A model generated the notes under the pieces. The model searched no databases, was not told where the DNA came from, and worked only from the letters and a program-made list of their open reading frames with translations. Source: the human T2T-CHM13v2.0 reference genome, Homo sapiens. From it: DNA of 64,000 bases. The stretch is taken from NCBI RefSeq assembly GCF_009914755.1, contig NC_060928.1; one strand, given 5' to 3'. Position numbers and translations under genes: made by a program. Shown in pieces: positions 1 to 16,067 of the stretch (positions are counted from its first letter, which is position 1; each line of letters opens with the position of its first letter).

Positions 1-446
<446 letters not shown>

Positions 447-546
447 TTAAATAAACTGAAATAGAAATAGCAGAGGATAAATTATGTGTATGATTTAATA
501 CATTCATATTTTCTATGTTATTTTTTTTTAAAAAAATTATTGTGTG

Positions 547-1035
547 TGTTGGCAGATAATTCTCCATGGGTCTCTCACATTTCTGCACATATTCTTAGCA
601 GAGGCATTAGCAGCTCTTGCCATGACTATCTTTCCAAGTGTATTTGCATAACAGCTTTGGAAGATACAGATAGTGTCTCTCCCTAGAGCTAAAGGTAGAT
701 TTATTTGCAGTAAAGGATCATAAAGCTAACATCTACCTCTCGGACAAAGGTTGGGCAGTCTTGCTTCTATCCCCCTTACAGAAGTTTGGAGTTTCCCAAG
801 TTGGAGATTCCTCTGTTATGATACAACTCATCTGTGTAGCATTCTCCCAGGCCATTCGGCATTACCTATATGGGACTTGGTGGGACAAGAACAAATGTGT
901 GGCCTGCTGTGCTCTGAGACTCTTTTTTTTTCTGATACAGGAGCTTCTTGTCTTCTGCTGGCATCCAAGAAACTGTGGCAGGCTAACTTGTTAGCTTTCA
1001 AGAAGGGTAGAATCTCAGTCTTCAGAGTTCATGAC

Positions 1036-1036
<1 letters not shown>
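547..1036 (+). mobile_element. Solo ERVL LTR, LTR40-like
   Basis: 'tgttggcagataattctccatgggtctctcacatttctgcac...ttggaagatacagatagtgtctc...gtggcaggctaacttgttagc' resembles the recalled LTR40 consensus. Confidence 0.65.
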
Positions 1037-1083
<47 letters not shown>

Positions 1084-1092
1084 CATAATATT
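1037..1092. repeat. Compound (CA)n(TA)n microsatellite
   Basis: Directly visible. Confidence 0.97.
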
Positions 1093-1422
1093 TATATGAT
1101 TGTTTTAACCTTTATAAAATGACCTGACCAACTACTCCTACTAATTTTATCAAATAAGAGTGATTTTACTATACTCACTAAGGTGGTATAAGGCCTTCCT
1201 ATTCTCTCTCTCTCAGTGCTTCTTCCTCCAACAGTAGTGAAAAGGCATTCAGAATACTTGATTAAGTGTTTCAATAATGATCTTCTCCATTGATCTCCCA
1301 TTTGATGATATATATGTATATATATATTTAGAATATAAGATAGCTCATTTTGTTGTTTAATGATATGTAAATATATATTTAGAATAAATGATAGCTCATT
1401 TTGTTATTTAATAGTACTTGAT

Positions 1423-2009
<587 letters not shown>

Positions 2010-2597
2010 GCTTGTTTGACAACTCCTACCTACTATTCCATTCTTGAACTCTCAACTTCAAATACTTCTCCAAAATCAGTTATTAAAACAAACATTTTTG
2101 GGTTCCCACCACATGGCAGGGCAAAATGTTAAGCAGTTTATCTTCTAAATTTGTTTGAGATTTTATCTTTCCAGAGGTGGGTCATTTAATTGCAATCGTA
2201 TAATTACTAGGTCAATGAAGGTAAGATATTGTGAAGAAAACAAGAAAGTATGAATAAAATACACATTTTGAAATTTCAAAACCCAATTGTAATATAGTGG
2301 ATGTAGGTTATTCCCTGAAACAATTTGTGAGAATAAATGCAAGTGAAGAGAGTTTTCATCCACTAGACAATATATATATATATTTCTTTTTTATTATACT
2401 TTAAGTTTTAGGGTACATGTGCACATTGTGCAGGTTAGTTACATACGTATACATGTGCCATGCTGGTGTGCTGCACCCACTAACTCGTCATCTAGCATTA
2501 GGTATATCTCCTAATGCTATCCCTCCCCCCTCCCCCCACCCCACAACAGTCCCCAGAGTGTGATATTCCCCTTCCTGTGTCCATGTGATCTCATTGT

Positions 2598-6423
<3,826 letters not shown>

Positions 6424-6486
6424 TATGATGTTAGCTGGTGATTTTGCTCGTTAGTTGATGCAGTTTCTTCCTAGTCTCGATGGTCT

Positions 6487-7505
6487 TTACATTTTGGCAT
6501 GATTTTGCAGTGGCTGGTACCGGTTGTTCCTTTCCATGTTTAGTGCTTCCTTCAGGAGCTCTTTTAGGGCAGGCCTGGTGGTGACAAAATCTCTCAGCAT
6601 TTGCTTGTCTGTAAAGTATTTTATTTCTCCTTCGCTTATGAAGTTTCGTTTGGCTGGATATGAAATTCTGAGTTGAAAATTCTTTTCTTTAAGAATGTTG
6701 AATATTGGCCCCCACTGTCTTCTGGCTTGTAGGGTTTCTGCCGAGAGATCCGCTGTTAGTCTGATGGGCTTCCCTTTGAGGGTAACCCGACCTTTCTCTG
6801 TGGCTGCCCTTAACATTTTTTCCTTCATTTCAACTTTGGTGAATCTGACAATTATATGTCTTGGAGTTGCTCTTCTCGAGGAGTATCTTTGTGGCGTTCT
6901 CTGTATTTCCTGAATCTGAACGTTGGCCTGCCTTGCTAGATTGGGGAAGTTCTCCTGGATAATATCCTGCAGAGTGTTTTCCAACTTGGTTCCATTCTCC
7001 CCATCACTTTCAGGTACACCAATCAGACGTAGATTTGGTCTTTTCACATAGTCCCATATTTCTTGGAGGTTTTGCTCATTTCTTTTTATTGTTTTTTTCT
7101 CTAAACTTCCCATCTCGCTTCATTTCATTCATTTCATCTTCCATTGCTGATACCCTTTCTTCCAGTTGATTGCATCGGCCCCTGAGGCTTCTGCATTCTT
7201 CACGTAGTTCTCGAGCCTTGGTTTTCAGCTCCATCAGCTCCTTTAAGCCCTTCTCTGTATTGGTTATTCTAGTTATACATTCTTCTAAATTTTTTTCAAA
7301 GTTTTCAACTTCTTTGCCTTTGGTTTGAATGTCCTCCCGTAGCTCAGAGTAATTTGATCGTCTGAAGCCTTCTTCTCTCAGCTCGTCAAAGTCATTCTCC
7401 ATCCAGCTTTGTTCCGTTGCTGGTGAGGAACTGCGTTCCTTTGGAGGAGGAGAGGCGCTCTGCTTTTTAGAGTTTCCAGTTTTTCTGTTCTGTTTTTTAC
7501 CCCAT
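6487..7505 (-). pseudogene. ORF1: L1 ORF1 (RNA-binding chaperone), disrupted
   Basis: ATG GGG TAA at 7505 (extra T gives a stop at codon 3); second frameshift near 7076-7113; fragments MENDFDELREEGFRR... and ...RNNRYQPLQNHAKM. Confidence 0.92.
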
Positions 7506-8410
7506 CTTTGTGGTTTTATCTACTTTTGGTCTTTGATGATGGTGATGTAGAGATGGGTTTTTGGTGTGGATGTCCTTTCTGGTTGTTAGTTTTCCTTCTA
7601 ACAGACAGGACCCTCAGCTGCAGGTCTGTTGGAATACCCTGCCGTGTGAGATGTCAGTGTGCCCCTGCTGGGGGGTGCCTCCCAGTTAGGCTGCTCGTGG
7701 GTCAGGGGTCAGGGACCCACTTGAGGAGGCAGTCTGCCCGTTCTCAGATCTCCAGCTGCGTGCTGGGAGAACCACTGCTCTCTTCAAAGCTGTCAGACAG
7801 GGACATTTAAGTCTGCAGAGGTTACTGCTGTCTTTTTGTTTTTCTGTGCCCTGCCCCCAGAGGTGGAGCCTACAGAGGCAGGCAGGCCTCCTTGAGCTGT
7901 GGTGGGCTCCACCCAGTTCGAGCTTCCTGGCTGCTTTGTTTACCTAAGCAAGCCTGGGCAATGGCGGGCGCCCCTCCCCTAGCCTCGCTGCTGCCTTGCA
8001 GTTTGATCTCAGACTGCTGTGCTAGCAATCAGCGAGACTCCGTGGGCGTAGGACCCTCCGATCCAGGTGCGGGATATAATCTCGCGGTGTGCCGTTTTTT
8101 AAGCCAGTCGGAAAAGCGCAGTATTCGGGTGGGAGTGACCCGATTTTCCAGGTGCGTCGTCACCCCTTTCTTTGACTAGGAAAGGGAACTCCCTGACCCC
8201 TTGTGCTTCCCAAGTGAGGCAATGCCTCGCCCTGCTTCGGCTCATGCATGGTGCGCGCACCCACTGACCTGCGCCCACTGTCTGGCACTTCCTAGTGAGA
8301 TGAACCCGGTACCTCAGATGGAAATGCAGAAATCACCCGCCTTCTGCGTCGCTCAGGCTGGGAGCTGTAGACCGGAGCTGTTCCTATTCAGCCATCTTGG
8401 CTCCTCCCCC
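7506..8410. promoter_or_regulatory. L1 5'UTR bidirectional promoter (sense promoter on -, antisense promoter on +)
   Basis: CpG-rich L1PA 5'UTR with YY1 core gccatcttg at 8391-8399. Promoter activity is inferred from L1 family knowledge, not shown here. Confidence 0.75.
7961..8179 (+). CDS. ORF0: L1 ORF0 (primate antisense ORF), open, 72 aa
   Basis: gcaATGg start; MAGAPPLASLLPCSLISDCCASNQRDSVGVGPSDPGAGYNLAVCRFLSQSEKRSIRVGVTRFSRCVVTPFFD matches ORF0 except the last few residues; internal donors ccag|gtgcgg (8067) and ccag|gtgcgt (8152). Confidence 0.75.
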   Translation: MAGAPPLASLLPCSLISDCCASNQRDSVGVGPSDPGAGYNLAVCRFLSQSEKRSIRVGVTRFSRCVVTPFFD

Positions 8411-8893
8411 TAGACAATATATTTTTAACTCTCATGTCAAGTCACATTGCGGCCTTGCTTCACCATCTTGAAAGTTTTCTATACTCAAATCACTTTTGCA
8501 AGCTTTTCTAGAAAATAATTTAGTTAAGAGTGGAGATTTGGTTTAAAAAATTATCTTTTGGCGAATATACACATTAAAATGTAATTTCTCCTTGTGCCAT
8601 AATCTTTATTTTCCCTCATTTTATTCATATTTCTTCTTTTTCTGGTCCATTTTGGCCTGTTTTTCTGAAAAAAAAATAATTCCACCTGTTTTTAAATCCT
8701 TTATACTTTTCCTTACCAGTTGTATAATTTTCCCACAGACAATGACATAATATAGAAAATGGAGGGAAATTTTGACCTGTGACTAACAGTATGTCATGGA
8801 GAATTAGGCAGAATTTTAGGGCTTTGGTAAATAGGATGAGTTTAACTTACGAAGGTGGGATGTGTCAGAAGGTAAATATATTTGTTTACATAG

Positions 8894-9064
8894 GGAAGAC
8901 ACACCCAGCTTCAAGTTATTACAAAAGGAGGAAATACTGAAAATCTGAAGATTCTCCTCAGCCCGAAAATGGAGGAGAAACAAGGAAAAAAAAATAATGA
9001 AAGAAGGAAGAACCTGGTGAGGAGCAAAATGCTTTCATGAATGGCATTTGAGAGTTTGTATTAG
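8894..9064 (+). other. Candidate 171-nt internal exon (probably non-coding)
   Basis: Acceptor tatttgtttacatag|G, donor tag|gtaaga, GAA-rich body; stop codons in all three frames. Confidence 0.25.
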
Positions 9065-9649
9065 GTAAGAGAAGTTTTTAAAACCCACAGGTATTCTATA
9101 AATTGAAGATAATCTGGGTCATCTTAACATAATAGCTCCTATACAAAATTTTGCCATGTAAATTGCCATGTTTTTCTGTTTATTCATTCTTTTGGTTCAA
9201 TTAATAGGAATCCTGCTTAGTTTTTAACACTTATTTTTCACCTAGCTTTGTATTTCCCCTGATTTTTTCCTTACCTTTCACCTGAAGCCTTTCCTATTTT
9301 GTTTTCTTTCTCCTTTCAGGAAGTTCATTAGCTCAAAAAGAGGCAAATATTTCCAACTTTTAAGGAGAAAACAAGGGCAGACTCTGTACAGTTCTCAACT
9401 GGGCTTTTACATTACTAGTTCTGTAGCACTGGGGAGGTCATTTTGCCTCTCTGGCCTCAGTTTAAGTGCAATAATTTTAACAGATTTTTTTTCAAATGTA
9501 ATAATATATAATGTGAAGCTGGTAAGGAGAATGTAATTTGTAAACTATTTCTCCCTTTACCTAAAAGTGTCAATACTTTGAGATTAATTTAATATATAAT
9601 ATCTGGATAAAATATTCTGGTATCAGGTGCAGGTGCATGAGGCGAAGTG

Positions 9650-10270
9650 CAGACACTCCTCAAAAGAAGACATTTATGCAGCCAACAAACATATGAAAAA
9701 ATGCTCATCATCACTGGTCATTAAAGAAATGCAAATCAAAAACACAATGAGATATCATCTCACGCCGGTTAGAATAATGATCATTAAAAAGTCGAGAAAC
9801 AACAGATGCTAGAGAGGCTGTGGAGAAATAGGAAGGCTATCCCACTGTTGGTGGGAGTGTAAATTAGTTCAACCATTGTGGAAGACAGTGTGGTGATTCC
9901 TCAAGGATCTAGAACTAGAAATACCTTTTGACCCAGCAATCTCATTACTGGGTATATATGCAAAGTATTATAAATCATTCTACTATAAAACCACATGCAC
10001 ACACATGTTTATTGCAGCACTATTCACAATAGCAAAGACTTGGAACCAACCCAAATGCCCATCAATGATAGAATGGATAAAGAAAATGTGGCACATATAC
10101 ACCATGGAATACAATGCAGCCATAAAAAAGGATGAGTTCATGTCCTTTGCAGGGATATGGATGAAGCTGGAAACCATCATTCTCAGCAACTAACACAAGA
10201 ACAGAAAAACCAAACACCTCATGTTCTCACGCATAAGTGGGAGTTGGACAATGAGAACACATGCACACAG
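9650..10270 (+). mobile_element. L1PA (about PA7-8) 3' fragment lacking its terminal 3'UTR and poly-A
   Basis: ORF2 C-terminal peptides ([18 protein letters not shown]; MFIAALFTIAKTWNQPKCPS); ends at 'gagaacacatgcacacag'. Confidence 0.9.
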
Positions 10271-10460
<190 letters not shown>

Positions 10461-11761
10461 GGCATGATATTGTTATTATTAGTATGATTATACAAAAAGG
10501 AAAGAAATGAACAAGAGATCCGGAATGAAGTATCTGAATGTAATTTCCACAAATCCCAAAATGAGTGTTTACAAATCTCTATAGTGCCAGAGTTATTGGA
10601 AATTAGAAAAAAAAAGTCTCAGATGCAACTGCTAAGTGCATTTGGAAAATATCATTGACTTTGAATTATACATGTGATATTTGTCTCCTTTAATAACAGT
10701 GTTCTCCATTTCAAAATTTATAAGATGTGAGTTCTTGGAAAAAACAAGTTGAAAAAATACTTTCTTACTCTGACATTCATTTCTTCTGAAAATTGGTTAT
10801 TACTTTGGTTAATCATCTGAAAGTTTGACATTTCTCCTTAGTTTTACCATTGTAACAACTGAGGCTCAGTGTTTTAAAGATAATTACAGTTATTACTTTT
10901 ATTAACTGAAAAAATGCTGAATAATTGTCATTGCCTTAGAAATTAGATTTTGTAGTGATACTTTCTACTAGCATTGCAGTTGAGATGCTTTGATAAGGGA
11001 GCTACAGTAATATTAAAGAATTCTTGACAGCTACTTATAAGATGTTTACATTTGTAAACAATAACATTTTGTAAACAGAACTTGACTTTAGCAAAGCAAA
11101 TGCCAAGAGGTTATTTTACTCTCTCTTAGACTCCATAATGCAGTCCTGATATATTTTGGGGCATTAAGGTGGGTGGGAAGATTTTAATTATGATAGACTG
11201 AGAAAAGCCTAGTGTTTGGCAGACCAAATGACAAAGAACTTAAAAAGTGAGGCCAGACAATAAAAATATGTACTTTGTGCAATGATACAGTGGGATTTTT
11301 AAACAAGAGTGCCCATTTTACCCACACTCTGGGAAACATGCAACTCTCAATGTTTGCCAAAAGCAATAGGAGTTTTTTTTTTTTTTTACTGGTCTCTGTG
11401 AAAACATTATCTTTAAGGCAGTGAACAAAAGAAGGAAACCCTGTAAACAACTGGTTAGAACCCTAAGTGGAAGCCAAGACACATATTGAAATTGAGATGA
11501 TATTGCTCTACCATGGCTTGATTTTTGGTTTTCTCATTATTTGTCATGCGTGTATTTCCTGTTGTGCTTTACTAAAAACAATATCTGATATCAGTTCACA
11601 TTCCCTTCAAATAACAACTAAGAACTAATTTTCCAGCATGCAAATTAACTTAAATGTGACAATGCATCACATTTTAATAGGAAAAGGAATGATTATTCAA
11701 TATAAATGATGTTGGGTAATTAACTATTTGGGACTCAATTCACCTTGTATGAAATATAAAC

Positions 11762-11900
11762 AAAAAAAGAAAGAGAGAAAAAAGGAAGGAAGAAAGGAAG
11801 GAAGGAAGGGAGGGAGGGAAGAAGGAAAGCAGGGAGGGAAGGAGGGAGGGAGGAAGGAGGGAAGGAAGGAAGGAAGGAAGGAAGTAGGGAAGGGTAAGGC
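11762..11900. repeat. Interrupted (GGAA)n/(GGGA)n polypurine tract
   Basis: Directly visible. Confidence 0.95.
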
Positions 11901-11990
11901 AAGAAATTCCTCAGTGTTTAGCAAATGCCAAGCATAAAAATCATAAAAATGAGAATTCAAAAAAAATTTCATTTGTTTTAGGTCTCCTAT

Positions 11991-12361
11991 TGATATGGTT
12001 TGGCTCTGTGCTCCCACCCAAATCTCATCTCTAATTGTAATCCGCACTTGTTGAGAGAGGGACCTGGTGGGAGGTGATTGGGTCATTGGGGTGGTTTTCC
12101 CGATGCTGTTCTCATGATAGGTGATTTAAAAGTGTGGCACTTCCTTCTTCGCTCGCTCTCTTGCTTGCTCTCTCTCTCTCTCTCTCTCTCTCCTGCCACC
12201 ATGTAAGACACACCTTGCTTCCCCTTCACCTTCTGCCATGACTGGAAGTTTTCTGAGGCCTACTCAGCCATGTGGAACTATGTGTCAGTTAAATCTCTTT
12301 CCTTTATAAATTGCCCCATCTTGGAGAGTTCTTTATAGCAGTGTGAAAATGGACTAAAACA
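11991..12361 (+). mobile_element. Solo MaLR LTR, THE1D-like, with internal (CT)n
   Basis: tgatatggtttggctctgtg...gcagtgtgaaaatggactaaaaca; perfect 5-bp TSD cctat (11986-11990 and 12362-12366). Confidence 0.88.
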
Positions 12362-12399
12362 CCTATTTTCCAAGAAACAAAATAAATCACAAAGAAAAA

Positions 12400-14710
12400 A
12401 GTGACTTAGCTACATAAAAATTGAAAAGAACAAAACTATTACTATTAAAAACAGCAAATGAGTAAAGAGCAATCAAGTAAGAAAAATTTTATAGCAAATA
12501 TGACCAAAAAAAAGGCTCATCTCCTGAAAATATAAAGGCTTCCTAGACACAGGTAAGAAAAATCTTAAGCCCCCTACAGCTTGAAGAAAATAGCCATAGA
12601 ATTTTGCTCATCATTCTTTCAAACAGATATTTAAAATGTGATAAACTATTTCACTTCACTGGTAATGTCACAGGATTCTTGCGGTGTCATTTTTCTGGCC
12701 AGAAACCTCTGTGGCTGGTGGAGCCTTTGCTCGAGTTTTGCTCTGGCCTGCTGGGCTCATTCTGCCCACCAAGCTTGGCAGGCTGCATTTGGCTTGTGCC
12801 ACTGGCCTGGATCCCACACCTGCCAAGGGCAAGCCAAGCAAGGGGTGTATGAGTGAGCGAGGGTGGGGTCTGGCCACTGCACACAACCAGGCATGCCGGC
12901 TGTGGTGGGGCAGGCAGCTCCAGGCACTGGCACGGGTGCTTGTTCCCTGCAAGGCTGTGGCTGGACCAGATATATGGCAAGTAGCTTCCACGGCTGGCAC
13001 CAGGAAATGCAGTGGCACCTGGAAGCTTGGAGACACCAGGAACTGCAGAGCCCCAAAGAAGGTCACAGCCCTGGCTTGGGGAGCTCCTAGGTCTGGGCTC
13101 CCTGAAGGGCTGCAGCTCTTCTCTCCTTCTGTCTTCCTCCTTGTTACCCGCAACTTGGTGAGCAAGGAGTGTGTTTCAGCCCTGTTTGTGTTATGGCTCT
13201 TTCATCCCCACCATTCAGCGAGTCCTGAGTTCTTGTCCTGCGTCCAGGAATAATGAGGTACGTGAATAAGTGGTGGGAGAGCAAAGCCAAGAGGTGCTTT
13301 ATTGAGTGATAGAATAGCTCAGAGGAGACCCATGGTAGGCACACCCTCTCTGCAGGCAAGTCATCCCAATGAGTATTCAGCTCTCATTAGAGAGGAGACC
13401 CACAGTGCATAGCTTCTCTCCACAGGCAGGTAGCCTCTCATCTGCCTGAATCTGGCTGAGTCCAGGACTTTTATGGGCTTCAGAGGGAAGGAAGTGCATG
13501 CTGATTGGTCCATGGGCAGCTATGGGTGGGCCCAGAAAAAGCACCATAATTTCTGGCTCTGGTCTGCTGAACTGGCAGCCTGGACCCCAGGCCTCAGGCC
13601 ATCCCTGTCCTGAAGGTGGGGTTTCACCAGGGACCCACTTGTATCTGCCCAGAAGCCTATCTGCCTCCTGCCACCATTAACATGCCCTCTACCATGTCCA
13701 GGCTGTTTGTGCTAAGGGGTGCCTGCAGGGCCCATGCTGAGCTGCCCTTAGCCCCACCCTGGCCTCCCTCCTGTGCTCCTTGGCACCCTAAGTCCAGAGG
13801 GAGGTGAGGCAGCAGGGAGCTGGTGTATCAGCACTCACATACCTGGCTGGCTCATGACAGCATCTGGGCTGGGCCACAACTTTTCTCTGAAATTGGAGTG
13901 GGCACATGACAGCGCCTGGGTCTGGCCACAACTTTGCTGTGAAACTAGAGCAGGCACCAGGAGAGGGGAGACGCCAGTCAGCAGGAGCAGGCACATCCGA
14001 TCCTGTGGGAGCAGCAGGGGCTTCCTGGCCCACGAGAATGCCGAGATGCCCAGGTCTGTAGCCACCTGCAGGTGCAGGTGTGCCTGGGAGGGCAGGGATC
14101 CCATCCCTCCAACTTGGAACGGGGAGGGGTTTCTTCCTATTCCTGACTCCTGCCAGATCCCTGGAGTGCCTCAGCAGCCAGTGTCATAGCGGGAGCCACT
14201 CTAGATGGGTGGCTGCTGCCATCAGTAATGAAAGAAATGTAAACTGAAATAAGACTTTAGTTTGACTAACAACTTATAACATAGAAATATACTGAGTAGC
14301 AAAGACGATTTGGTAGAATAAGAGTATTCACTTAATTTTGATACATGCTAATGTTTGAGAATCATTGATGTAATAAAATATTACACAGGCAGTCAGTGTT
14401 TTCAAGGAACACTTAACATGGAAAAATGCTTATAATATTAAGCAAATAAAAAGAAAAACAATCATGTATATTTAGTATGATCATATGTGAATTACAGATA
14501 ATATTTTTCCATTTGTAAATACATGAGTACATACATATTTGTAAAATCAAAACCATTCCTATATGTGCATATATATACATTCACACATACATATGTACTA
14601 GCAGAAATAAATGCTATTCTCAATACATCAGAGGAGGTAGCTTTAAATTTCTTCTTTCCACCTTTATGTATTTTTCCAAGTTGTCTTCTATAATGACATA
14701 TTTTTAAATT
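12400..14710 (+). mobile_element. Ancient L1M 3' remnant interrupted by the MER52 LTR
   Basis: Degenerate L1 3' motifs ('aaatatgaccaaaaaaaaggctcatctcc', 'tcacttcactggtaa|tgaaagaaatgtaaactgaaa', 'ctttatgtatttttccaag') continue across the LTR. Confidence 0.5.
12666..14224 (-). mobile_element. Solo ERV1 LTR, MER52 family (~1.56 kb, GC-rich)
   Basis: Minus-strand start tgatggcagcagcc and end ...gaatcctgtgaca; minus-strand AATAAA near 13297-13302; 4-bp TSD gtaa (12662-12665 and 14225-14228). Confidence 0.85.
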
Positions 14711-16067
14711 ATCAATAAATATCTTGGCTACATACATTTTCACATATATATGATGTTTGCAAAGCTCAAAGCCCCAAGTTTCCTATAGCCCTAAATGTTT
14801 ATTAACCTTTCGTAATCAGATTGATTTATTGCAAAGAGAGGCCCCTTCAATTGTAGACAATGTTTTATCATTCAAGAAAACAGTAAGATGTGGTACTTGG
14901 GTTGACCTAGCCACAGGCAGGATGTGGCTGCCAGAAAAGCGCTATAAGTCTTTGAGCAAAGAGCCACATCCTCCTCCCACTATTTCTTTTTTTAGCTAAT
15001 GGCAACTCCTAAGATTCTGACTTTAACCAAAGTTCACATCTTTGTATTGCTCTCCTACTCCCTTTTTAAGTCAGCAACTCATAATAAGCTTAGTATATAA
15101 CACAGGTTATACAATTTAAGAAAATACTAGGCATTAGGGATTTCAAATAACTGAGCTCATTTAGCCAAAATGGTAAAACAGGGGGACTCGTGAAAAAGAT
15201 CATAATCAAATAACGGGTATTAATGCTATATTAAAAATTGTCTTTGTTATCTCAAAAAGCCACCAGAATTCCTTCTCTGGTCTAACTTGCAACTATCCAG
15301 ACACACAGAAAGTTCAATCTATTCTACTAGTACTTGGACAATGCAGTGAATCTGACATTGTTTACAATGGTCTTAAAAGCCCTTAGGTGTTGGTAACATT
15401 TTATGTCATAGAAAATATTGTAGCATGTACCTCTTTACTTGTGTACATCACTGAAACAACTTCCCTTTGCTTCCTGCTCATGGTTATATAGATTGTATGA
15501 AGATTAGAGGGCATCCCCAACTGCTGGAAACTGACAGCTGCCCTCCATTAGGGTATTTAGTGCCTAAAAGTGACATCATTCAGCTTCTATGCTATGATAG
15601 CTATGATATACTTCACCTTCTGGAGATCATATTGGAGAAATTCTGTTGGCGGAAATATAATTCCACACCCTAAGTAAGGGCAGAATTTGCTGTGATTTGG
15701 AATAATAGTGATATATTAAAGAACAGTGATATGTTAAAAGAAGTATCCAAAAATCACATATTAAAGAAAATTAAAGAGCATAATTTTATGTAGTGATCTT
15801 GAAAATTAAATTCACTTATTCAACCTACTCAACAGCAACAAAATCTTAGATTTCCTGGTATCTGTTATTCAAAATGTATGGATGTATAAGTAGGAGCATG
15901 AGCTGATTTTGGAAACCTAGATGCTGCCATCTGAATGTTATGGCCATGTCCCCTGGTTATATTACCCAGGTCATTTTTATGGCTTCCTACAAACGCGCTT
16001 TGTATTTGACTACATTTGGAAATACTCAGAAGGTTTTCAAATGAAGCCTATATGAAAGTATAGAAAC

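Noticed and set aside
2520-2545. G-quadruplex-forming tract
   Set aside because: Ordinary L1 3'UTR polypurine tract present in all L1PA copies.
11762-11900. GGAA tract as an EWSR1-FLI1-type response element
   Set aside because: Heavily interrupted; the longest pure run is only about five units.
12604-14189. Dense overlapping ORFs up to 189 aa on both strands
   Set aside because: They lie inside the GC-rich MER52 LTR, where stop codons are scarce; no recognisable protein.
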